Source: Ranitomeya imitator
Taxonomy: Eukaryota
Direction of reading: 5' to 3'
NCBI RefSeq assembly: GCF_032444005.1
Contig: NC_091282.1
Span: forward strand, 266,228,001-266,292,000
Length of the DNA stretch: 64,000 nt
This document shows, one piece after another, positions 25,234 through 35,172 of this stretch (position 1 is the stretch's first letter; every line of letters begins with the position of its first letter). The translations under genes were made by a program, and so were the position numbers. The notes beneath the pieces were generated by a model. That model saw nothing but the letters and a program-made list of their open reading frames with translations, was not told the origin of the DNA and did no database searches.

Positions 25234-26266
25234 GGTATATATACTGTACATATATTTCTAAAGGTGCTATTGGCATGAAATTCTCACCAATTGTCATTAA
25301 CAACCCATCCAATCCACAAAGGAGAAGAAATCAAACAATAGAGGTCCATAAATTAGGTTATGTGTAATAATGAGAAAGGAGACTGGTGAAAAATTGTTGA
25401 ACACACGAAGAAAGAGAGGAGCAAAATGCCATGGAACGTCATGACACCACCTGAAATCTTTCAATAATTGGAAAGAAATCCAGCCACTTTGTGAAAAATA
25501 ATATCAGCTGGTTCAACTGATGGCCTGTAAAAAGGCGTCTCACTCCCAAGGTGCCACACAAGAAACAACTCATAATGGGTAAAACCAGTAAGATGTCTCA
25601 AGATCATCACAACCTTATTTGTGCAATACGTACTGATGGCACTAGTTACAGAAAAATTTCAAAACTACTGAATGTTTCAGTGAGCACTGTTGGGGTCATA
25701 ATCTAAAAGTGGAAAGAACATCATTTCACCATAAACCAACCATGACCAGGTGCTCCCTGGAAGACTTAAGACAAATGAGTGAAAACAATTGTCAGATGAG
25801 TTGTCCAAGAACCGAAGCCTAATATTACCTGTGTAGAGTTACAGAAAGACCTGTAATCATAATCTACAATTGCTTCAAAGTAAACTTTAAGTAATGCACT
25901 CAATCTCCATGACCCGTATGCAGGCTCACCATGCAAGACTCCATTGCTGAACAAAAAAATGTTCAAGCACATTTAAAGTTTTCTCAACAACATTTAGACA
26001 AGCCTGTGAAATGCTTGGAGAACATAGTCAAGTCAGATGAGATCAAAATTGAACCCTTTGGATGCCAAGATGCACACAATGTTTGGAGGCCAAAAGGCAA
26101 AGCATATCCCTAGAGATGGGCAAACCCCAAACAGTACCAAAAACCTAGTGTCTGTACCAAACACCTAGTGTTCAGGCATGGATCCTGAACATGGACTTCT
26201 CCATCAAGTCTGTGTTACTGTTTGGGTTCGGCACCCTGAAAATCGGGTGTTTCCCATGACATCATC

Positions 26267-26790
26267 TGCACGACCATGTGAGAAACACCATCTGCTCTAA
26301 TTGGCAGTGAGATTCATTGACCAGTTCTTCTGACTTGCCCACCCCTTGAGAAAGGCTCATCACGCCGAAACGCACATTGGGGTGGGTACACGCTGTGGAC
26401 TATCGCTTTCCAGTGCCTGCTCAGGTAATTATGTAGTAATTTAAGGTTAGCCATTGTGTGGCAATCACTAGATACATTATTTTTATGGGCTATATCTTTC
26501 CTGGCATGGCTAATTGCAACATTATATGTCCCTCCTTTTTGGTACAACAAACTTGACTCCATTTGAGTCTCTTATTGGGACTTTGATATTCTGCTATTAT
26601 TGTGATAGTCCTCATGCCTGTACCCCTGCCGTTTTCCTTGTGCACATTGTGGCTTGAGTACTTTTTTCCTCTCCTCCTGGCTTTGCCAAATGTCCTGTTT
26701 TATATATATTTATTTAATAAAGATTATGTTATAAACTTTTTCTAAATTTTGTTGTTGGGTGTTTTTGATCGTAGTTTTTTCTATGGTTTT
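26267..26790 (+). mobile_element. Penelope-like pLTR fragment (boundaries approximate)
   Basis: Hammerhead motif followed by a T-rich tail with AATAAA near 26717. Confidence 0.5.
26338..26386 (+). ncRNA. Minimal type-I hammerhead motif, U3-A8 core variant, stem III decayed
   Basis: Stem I CCCACCCC/GGGGTGGG, core TTGAGAA 26346-26352, extra A, stem II GGC/GCC, GAAA 26367-26370, stem III AACGCACATT (likely from palindromic AACGCGCGTT). Confidence 0.65.
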
Positions 26791-27801
26791 GTATTCTATG
26801 GTAGCGATTATCCTGTAGATGTATCCATCATAACCCATTTGTAGGATTTTGACTTTATGTGATCTGTTCTTACTTGTTTTATGGGTATGCTTCCTATGAA
26901 GCTGTGGCTCTGACTTGCCCTGGTGCAGTGGCAACTGGGGTAATGGTTGTGGGGTTGATGTCAGTTGTTTTATGGCCGCTGACATCAAGCCCACAGGTTA
27001 GTAATGGTGAGGCGTCTATAAGACACCCCCATTACTAATCCCATAGTTAAATTGCAAAAAAGACACAGCCAGAATAAAGTCCTTTAATTGAAAGAAAGAC
27101 ATAGACTCCTTTATTTGCAATAAAAATAAAAAAGAAAAGTTATAATCACCTGGCGCCTAGTCCATTGAAGCCCTTGTCCCCTGTAAAAAACAAAAATGAT
27201 AAATAATCATGTCACTCACCTGTCCCCGACATGAACATGATCCTCTGATGCCCATGTTCCCTGGAAAAGAAGAAAAATAATAAACAACCATATCCCTCAC
27301 CTGTCCGAACTGAAGATTAGCAATACTGTCCCACAACGTAATCAATCTCTATGATAACTGGTTTACAACCTGAAAAGTGCCATCCAGGCTGAAAACCAGG
27401 AGACAATAAGTTGCTGCGAGTGCACTTCACTGTTAGCCAGGATGATAAACTAGAGTGACCTCAATGAGATCACCGCAAGCATCGTAATAATTTTAATAGG
27501 CAGCAGAGGGAAAGCCGACAGCTGAGGGCTAATTTTAATTTTCAGGGAAGAAGAGCATTATCTCTAAAGGCTTCCAGGCTATAAATATCGGCTCATAGCT
27601 GTTTGGCTAGCCTTTACTGGATATTTTATGGCGGACCCTAGGAAACAAAATAATGCAGGGTCCCCATATAATTTCAAACCAGCAAAGCCTGAACAGATAG
27701 CTGTGGACTGATATTATTAGCCAGGGAAGGGGCCAATTAAATTGGCCCTCCTCTCAGGCTTAGAATATCAGCCCTCAGCCACACCAAAAATGGCTTATTA
27801 A

Positions 27802-28016
27802 CTTTCGTCAGGCTGCATAATTTTACAACATTAACAGGCTGCAGAGGTACAATTGTACCTTCGTATATATTTTTTATTGAAATTTGGCCAATATATTCTG
27901 GACCAAAACTGCAGAGATGTCACGAAATTTCAGCCCTCTACGGCTTTTCGAAAAAAAAAATTATTGCAATTTTAAAACGGAATAGTTACAATTGTACCTA
28001 CTCAGCCTGACGAAGG
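27802..28016. mobile_element. 215-bp piggyBac-type MITE
   Basis: TIRs CTTTCGTCAGGCTG / CAGCCTGACGAAGG, TTAA at 27798-27801 and 28017-28020. Confidence 0.8.
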
Positions 28017-29483
28017 TTAATAAGATGCACCAAATCTGCTGCTTAGCCTCGCTCTCCCCCCTTGCCCTGTGGTGGTGGCAAGTGGGTTAATGTATTTGGG
28101 TTGATTTCATCTTTGTATTGTCAGGTGACATCAAGCCCAGAGGTTAGTAATGGAGAGGCATCTATAAGATGAATCCATTATAAACCCCATAGCAAGTTTG
28201 GAACGAAACACACAGCATGAATAAAATCCTTTATTGTAAATAAAAAAACAACAACCTGTTTTACACATTTATTTAAAAATCTAAAACAAATTTATACTCA
28301 TTTTACACCTGTTCCATTAAAGCTCTTGTCCCCTGTAAAAAACAAAAAATAATAAGCAACCATGGTACTTACCTTATGCCTAATCCATCGATGTCCATGT
28401 ACCTTGTAAAAAAATAAAAATAAATAGCTATATCCCTCACCTGTCCCCGATGTGAAGATAATCCTTCAATGCCCATGTCACCTGTAAAAATAGAAAAATA
28501 ATCAACAACCAAGAGCTTAATGACTCCTCCAGTGTCTAGCGCTGAGCTACTGTGAGAAAATTCAAAGCTGATGATCCCAATGATCTAACTTATGGCACTG
28601 CTCGCTGTGTAAGAACTTTCTCATGGCAGCTCAGCACTAGACACTGCACTCAGTGTGAGCCGGATGACCAGATCATCCAAATTGGCCTGTGATAGTTTGG
28701 ATTGTCTTCACGTTGAACAGGTGAGGGATATGGTTGTTCCCTATTTTTTTTTTTACAGGGGACATGGGCATTGGATTAAGCGTAAGATGATTATCATGGT
28801 TGTTATTTTCTGTTTTTTACAGGTGACAAGGACTTAACTGGATTAGGCGTAAAGTGAGTATGACTGTTATTTTTTATTTTAATTTCAAATAAGGGAGTCT
28901 GTGTCTTTCAAGCAAAGAATTTTATTCTGTCTGTTGTTGTGAATTCTGTGGCCAAGCTCCCTCCTGTGGTCGTGAGTGGTACTTCGGCTGGTTCTGTCTA
29001 TGAGCTTCCTTTGGTGGATGAGAGTGGTACTGCGGCTTCTGAGTTTCCTTCCTCAGGTGATGAGGTTAAGTCGTTAGGTGCTGCTCTATTTAACTCCACC
29101 TGGTGCTTTGATCCTAGCCTCCAGTCAATGTTCTAGTATTGGTCTTGCTTCCTCCTGGATCGTTCCTGTGGCCTGTCTATCCTGCATAAGCTAAGTTCTG
29201 CTTGTGTTACTTTTGTTTGCTATTTTTTCTGTCCAGCTTGCTATATTGGTTTTTCTTGCTTGCTGGAAGCTCTGAGACGCAGAGGGAGCACCTCCGTACC
29301 GTTAGTCGGTGTGGAGGGTCTTTTTGCCCCTCTGCGTGGTTGTTTGTAGGTTTTTGTGTTGACCGCAAAGCTATCTTTCCTATCCTCGGTCTATTCAGTA
29401 AGTCGGGCCTCACTTTGCTAAATCTATTTCATCTCTGTGTTTGTATTTCATCTTAACTCACAGTCATTATATGTGGGGGGCTG

Positions 29484-32400
29484 TGTTATGGCTGGCAATC
29501 AGGCAACACAGCGTGCAGTAATCAGCGCACATACAGAGATCTGGCAATAACCAAAAACAATAGGACGAGCTCTGAGACGTGGAATCTCTGTAGACTGCAG
29601 TACCTGATCTATCCTCACACAACTATAAGCAGCAGTGGATTGCGCCTATCACTACCTATGCAACTCGGCACTGCCTGAGGAGCTGACTAGCCTGAAGATA
29701 GAAATACAAGCCTGACTTACCTCAGAGAAATACCCCAAAGGAATAGGCAGCCCCCCACATATAATGACTGTTAGCAAGATGAAAAGACAAACGTAGGAAT
29801 GAAATAGATTCAGCAAAGTGAGGCCCGATATTCTAGACAGAGCGAGGATAGCAAAGAGAACTATGCAGTCTACAAAAAACCCTAAAACGAAAACCACGCA
29901 AAGGGGCAAAAAGACCCACCGTGCCGAACTAACAGCACGGCGGTGCACCCCTTTGCTTCTCAGAGCTTCCAGCAAAAGATAATAGCAAGCTGGACAGAAA
30001 AAACAGAAAACAAACTAGAAGCACTTATCTAGCAGAGCAGCAGGCCCAAGGAAAGATGCAGTAGCTCAGATCCAACACTGGAACATTGACAAGGAGCAAG
30101 GAAGACAGACTCAGGTGGAGCTAAATAGCAAGGCAGCCAACGAGCTCACCAAAACACCTGAGGGAGGAAGCCCAGAGACTGCAATACCACTTGTGACCAC
30201 AGGAGTGAACTCAGCCACAGAATTCACAACAGTACCCCCCCCTTGAGGAGGGGTCACCGAACCCTCACCAGAACCCCCAGGCCGACCAGGATGAGCCACA
30301 TGAAAGGCACGAACAAGATCTGGGGCATGGACATCAGAGGCAAAAACCCAGGAATTATCTTCCTGAGCATAACCCTTCCATTTGACCAGATACTGGAGTT
30401 TCCGTCTAGAGACACGAGAATCCAAAATCTTCTCCACAATATACTCCAATTCCCCCTCCACCAAAACAGGGGCAGGAGGCTCCACAGATGGAACCATAGG
30501 CGCCACGTATCTCCTCAACAACGACCTATGGAATACATTATGTATGGAAAAGGAGTCTGGGAGGGTCAGACGAAAAGACACCGGATTGAGAATCTCAGAA
30601 ATCCTATACGGACCAATAAAACGAGGTTTAAATTTAGGAGAGGAAACCTTCATAGGAATATGACGAGATGATAACCAAACCAGATCCCCAACACGAAGTC
30701 GGGGTCCCACACGGCGTCTGCGATTAGCGAAAAGCTGAGCCTTCTCCTGGGACAAGGTCAAATTGTCCACTACCTGAGTCCAGATCTGCTGCAACCTGTC
30801 CACCACAGAATCCACACCAGGACAGTCCGAAGACTCAACCTGTCCTGAAGAGAAACGAGGATGGAACCCAGAATTGCAGAAAAATGGAGAGACCAAGGTA
30901 GCCGAGCTGGCCCGATTATTAAGGGCGAACTCAGCCAACGGCAAAAATGACACCCAATCATCCTGGTCAGCGGAAACAAAACATCTCAGATATGTTTCCA
31001 AGGTCTGATTGGTTCGTTCGGTCTGGCCATTAGTCTGAGGATGGAAGGCCGAGGAGAAAGATAGGTCAATGCCCATCCTACCACAAAAGGCTCGCCAGAA
31101 CCTCGAGACAAACTGGGAACCTCTGTCAGAAACAATATTCTCAGGAATGCCATGTAAACGAACCACATGCTGGAAGAACAAAGGCACCAAATCAGAGGAG
31201 GAAGGCAATTTAACCAAGGGCACCAGATGGACCATTTTAGAAAAGCGATCACAGACCACCCAAATGACCGACATTTTTTGAGAAACGGGAAGGTCAGAAA
31301 TGAAATCCATCGAAATATGTGTCCAAGGCCTCTTCGGGACCGGCAAGGGCAAAAGCAACCCACTGGCACGTGAACAGCAGGGCTTAGCCCTAGCACAAAT
31401 TCCACAGGACTGCACAAAAGCACGCACATCCCGTGACAGAGATGGCCACCAGAAGGATCTAGCAACCAACTCCCTGGTACCAAAGATTCCTGGATGACCG
31501 GCCAGCACCGAACAATGAAGTTCAGAGATAACTTTACTAGTCCACCTATCAGGGACGAACAGTTTCTCGGCCGGACAACGATCAGGTTTATTAGCCTGAA
31601 ATTTCTGCAACACTCTCCGCAAATCAGGGGAGATGGCAGACACTATGACTCCTTCGTTGAGGATACTCGCCGGCTCAGATAACCCTGGAGAGTCGGGCAC
31701 AAAACTCCTAGACAGAGCATCCGCCTTCACATTTTTAGAGCCCGGAAGGTATGAAATCACAAAATCAAAACGAGCAAAAAATAACGACCAACGGGCCTGT
31801 CTAGGATTCAAGCGCTTGGCAGACTCAAGATAAGTAAGGTTCTTATGATCAGTCAAAACCACCACGCGATGCTTAGCACCCTCAAGCCAATGACGCCACT
31901 CCTCGAATGCCCACTTCATGGCCAGCAACTCTCGGTTGCCCACATCATAATTACGCTCAGCAGCAGAAAATTTCCTGGAAAAGAAAGCACATGGTTTGAA
32001 CACTGAGCAACCAGAACCTCTCTGTGATAAAACCGCCCCTGCACCAATCTCAGAAGCATCAACCTCGACCTGGAACGGAAGAGAAACATCAGGTTGACAC
32101 AACACAGGGGCACAGCAAAAACGACGCTTCAACTCCTGAAAAGCTTCCACGGCAGCAGAAGACCAATTAACCAAATCAGCACCCTTCTTGGTCAAATCGG
32201 TCAATGGTCTGGCAATGCTAGAAAAATTACAGATGAAGCAACGATAAAAATTAGCAAAGCCCAGGAATTTCTGCAGACTCTTTAGAGATGTCGGCTGAGT
32301 CCAATCCTGGATGGCCTGAACCTTAACCGGATCCATCTCGATAGTAGAAGGGGAAAAGATGAACCCCAAAAATGAAACTTTCTGCACACCGAAGAGACAC

Positions 32401-35172
32401 TTTGATCCCTTCACGAACAAGGAATTAGCACGCAGTACCTGGAAAACCATTCTGACTTGCTTCACATGAGACTCCCAATCATCTGAGAAGATCAAAATGT
32501 CATCCAAGTAAACAATCAAGAATTTATCCAGATACTCACGGAAAATGTCATGCATAAAAGACTGAAAAACAGATGGAGCATTGGCAAGTCCGAACGGCAT
32601 CACCAGATACTCAAAATGACCCTCGGGCGTATTAAATGCCGTTTTCCATTCATCTCCCTGCCTGATTCTCACCAGATTATACGCACCACGAAGATCAATC
32701 TTAGTAAACCAACTAGCCCCCTTAATCCGAGCAAACAAGTCAGAAATCAATGGCAAGGGATACTGAAACTTAACAGTGATCTTATTAAGAAGGCGGTAAT
32801 CAATACACGGTCTTAGCGAACCATCCTTCTTGGCTACAAAAAAGAACCCTGCTCCCAATGGTGACGACGACGGGCGAATATGTCCCTTCTCCAGGGACTC
32901 CTTCACATAACTGCGCATAGCGGTGTGTTCAGGTACGGACAAATTAAATAAACGACCCTTAGGGAATTTACTACCAGGAATCAAATCGATAGCACAATCA
33001 CAATTCCTATGCGGAGGTAGGGCATCAGACTTGGACTCTTCAAATACATCCTGAAAGTCCGACAAGAACTCTGGGATGTCAGAAGGAATGGATGACGAAA
33101 TAGACAAAAATGGAACATCACCATGTACTCCCTGACAACCCCAGCTGGTTACCGACATAGAGTTCCAATCCAATACTGGATTATGAGTTTGTAGCCATGG
33201 CAACCCCAACACGACCACATCATGCAAATTATGCAGTACCAGAAAGCGAATAACTTCCTGATGTGCAGGAGCCATGCACATGGTCAGCTGGGCCCAGTAC
33301 TGAGGCTTATTCTTGGCCAAAGGTGTAGCATCAATTCCTCTCAACGGAATAGGACACCGCAAAGGCTCCAAGAAAAATCCACAACGTTTAGCATAATCCA
33401 AATCCATCAGATTCAGGGCAGCGCCTGAATCCACAAACGCCATGACAGAATACGATGACAAAGAGCACATTAAGGTAATGGACAAAAGGAATTTGGACTG
33501 TACAGTACCAATAACGGCAGAGCTATCGAACCGCCTAGTGCGTTTAGGACAATTAGAAATAGCATGAGTAGAATCACCACAATAGAAACACAGTCTGTTC
33601 AGACGTCTGTGTTCTTGCCGTTCTACTTTAGTCATAGTCCTGTCGCACTGCATAGGCTCAGGTTTACTCTCAGACAATACCGCCAGATGGTGCACAGATT
33701 TACGCTCGCGCAAGCGACGACCGATCTGAATGGCCAAGGACATAGACTCATTCAAACCAGCAGGCATAGGAAATCCCACCATTACATCCTTAAGAGCTTC
33801 AGAGAGACCCTTTCTGAACAAAGCCGCTAGTGCAGATTCATTCCACAGAGTGAGTACTGACCACTTCCTAAATTTCTGACAATATACTTCTACATCATCC
33901 TGACCCTGGCATAAAGCCAGCAGATTTTTCTCAGCCTGATCCACTGAATTAGGCTCATCGTAAAGCAATCCCAGCGCCTGGAAAAATGCATCAACATTAC
34001 TCAATGCAGAATCTCCTGGTGCAAGAGAAAACGCCCAGTCCTGTGGGTCGCCGCGCAAAAAAGAAATAATAATCAAAACCTGTTGAATAGGATTACCAGA
34101 AGAATGAGGTTTCAAGGCCAAAAATAGCTTACAATTATTTCTGAAGCTCAGGAACTTAGTTCTGTCACCAAAAAACAAATCAGGAATCGGAATTCTTGGT
34201 TCTAGCATCGATTTCTGATCAATAGTATCTTGAATCTTTTGTACATTTACAACGAGATTATCCATTGAGGAGCACAGAGCCTGAATATCCATGTCCACAG
34301 CTGTGTCCTGAAGCACTCTAATGTCTAGGGGAAAAAAAAGACTGAAGACAGAGCTAAGAAAAAAAAATGATGTCAGGATTTCTTTTTTCCCTCTATTGGG
34401 AATCATTGGTGTGGCTCCTTGTACTGTTATGGCTGGCAATCAGGCAACACAGCGTGCAGTAATCAGCGCACATACAGAGATCTGGCAATAACCAAAAACA
34501 ATAGGACGAGCTCTGAGACGTGGAATCTCTGTAGACTGCAGTACCTGATCTATCCTCACACAACTATAAGCAGCAGTGGATTGCGCCTATCACTACCTAT
34601 GCAACTCGGCACTGCCTGAGGAGCTGACTAGCCTGAAGATAGAAATACAAGCCTGACTTACCTCAGAGAAATACCCCAAAGGAATAGGCAGCCCCCCACA
34701 TATAATGACTGTTAGCAAGATGAAAAGACAAACGTAGGAATGAAATAGATTCAGCAAAGTGAGGCCCGATATTCTAGACAGAGCGAGGATAGCAAAGAGA
34801 ACTATGCAGTCTACAAAAAACCCTAAAACGAAAACCACGCAAAGGGGCAAAAAGACCCACCGTGCCGAACTAACAGCACGGCGGTGCACCCCTTTGCTTC
34901 TCAGAGCTTCCAGCAAAAGATAATAGCAAGCTGGACAGAAAAAACAGAAAACAAACTAGAAGCACTTATCTAGCAGAGCAGCAGGCCCAAGGAAAGATGC
35001 AGTAGCTCAGATCCAACACTGGAACATTGACAAGGAGCAAGGAAGACAGACTCAGGTGGAGCTAAATAGCAAGGCAGCCAACGAGCTCACCAAAACACCT
35101 GAGGAAGGAAGCCCAGAGACTGCAATACCACTTGTGACCACAGGAGTGAACTCAGCCACAGAATTCACAACA
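29484..35172 (-). mobile_element. Full-length, apparently intact chromodomain Ty3/Gypsy retrotransposon (Gypsy-B)
   Basis: 748-bp LTRs 34425-35172 (5') and 29484-30231 (3') differing at one site by eye, PPT AAGGGGGGGG, 6-bp TSD GGGCTG at 29478-29483 and 35173-35178. Confidence 0.97.
30111..34406 (-). CDS. Single-ORF Gag-Pol polyprotein (gag, CCHC knuckle, protease, RT, RNase H, integrase, chromodomain)
   Basis: CFYCGDSTHAISNC, FVDSGA, YLDD, VEVDAS, HHCC (LHC..GHPG..CGIC), D-D-E (MDFI, VSDRG, TERTN), EYIVEKILDSR..YLVKWKGY; first ATG at 34406, strong-context ATG at 34292. Confidence 0.95.
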   Translation of the reverse strand: MIPNRGKKEILTSFFFLSSVFSLFFPLDIRVLQDTAVDMDIQALCSSMDNLVVNVQKIQDTIDQKSMLEPRIPIPDLFFGDRTKFLSFRNNCKLFLALKPHSSGNPIQQVLIIISFLRGDPQDWAFSLAPGDSALSNVDAFFQALGLLYDEPNSVDQAEKNLLALCQGQDDVEVYCQKFRKWSVLTLWNESALAALFRKGLSEALKDVMVGFPMPAGLNESMSLAIQIGRRLRERKSVHHLAVLSESKPEPMQCDRTMTKVERQEHRRLNRLCFYCGDSTHAISNCPKRTRRFDSSAVIGTVQSKFLLSITLMCSLSSYSVMAFVDSGAALNLMDLDYAKRCGFFLEPLRCPIPLRGIDATPLAKNKPQYWAQLTMCMAPAHQEVIRFLVLHNLHDVVVLGLPWLQTHNPVLDWNSMSVTSWGCQGVHGDVPFLSISSSIPSDIPEFLSDFQDVFEESKSDALPPHRNCDCAIDLIPGSKFPKGRLFNLSVPEHTAMRSYVKESLEKGHIRPSSSPLGAGFFFVAKKDGSLRPCIDYRLLNKITVKFQYPLPLISDLFARIKGASWFTKIDLRGAYNLVRIRQGDEWKTAFNTPEGHFEYLVMPFGLANAPSVFQSFMHDIFREYLDKFLIVYLDDILIFSDDWESHVKQVRMVFQVLRANSLFVKGSKCLFGVQKVSFLGFIFSPSTIEMDPVKVQAIQDWTQPTSLKSLQKFLGFANFYRCFICNFSSIARPLTDLTKKGADLVNWSSAAVEAFQELKRRFCCAPVLCQPDVSLPFQVEVDASEIGAGAVLSQRGSGCSVFKPCAFFSRKFSAAERNYDVGNRELLAMKWAFEEWRHWLEGAKHRVVVLTDHKNLTYLESAKRLNPRQARWSLFFARFDFVISYLPGSKNVKADALSRSFVPDSPGLSEPASILNEGVIVSAISPDLRRVLQKFQANKPDRCPAEKLFVPDRWTSKVISELHCSVLAGHPGIFGTRELVARSFWWPSLSRDVRAFVQSCGICARAKPCCSRASGLLLPLPVPKRPWTHISMDFISDLPVSQKMSVIWVVCDRFSKMVHLVPLVKLPSSSDLVPLFFQHVVRLHGIPENIVSDRGSQFVSRFWRAFCGRMGIDLSFSSAFHPQTNGQTERTNQTLETYLRCFVSADQDDWVSFLPLAEFALNNRASSATLVSPFFCNSGFHPRFSSGQVESSDCPGVDSVVDRLQQIWTQVVDNLTLSQEKAQLFANRRRRVGPRLRVGDLVWLSSRHIPMKVSSPKFKPRFIGPYRISEILNPVSFRLTLPDSFSIHNVFHRSLLRRYVAPMVPSVEPPAPVLVEGELEYIVEKILDSRVSRRKLQYLVKWKGYAQEDNSWVFASDVHAPDLVRAFHVAHPGRPGGSGEGSVTPPQGGGTVVNSVAEFTPVVTSGIAVSGLPPSGVLVSSLAALLFSST

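Noticed and set aside
28939-29136. Repeated 65-aa ORF MNSVAKLPP... (also 43268, 52326 region)
   Set aside because: It is the pol read-through frame within U3, starting at GTG; not an independent gene.
29652-29975. 107-aa hydrophobic LTR ORF present twice (also 34593-34916), env-like at first glance
   Set aside because: It lies wholly in the LTR, starts at a non-ATG codon, is not preserved in C-type LTRs, and its hydrophobicity follows from T-richness.
30243-33830. Numerous antisense ORFs over Gypsy pol (also 44596-48267)
   Set aside because: Shadow frames of a long coding sequence, fragmented and not consistently conserved between the two copies.
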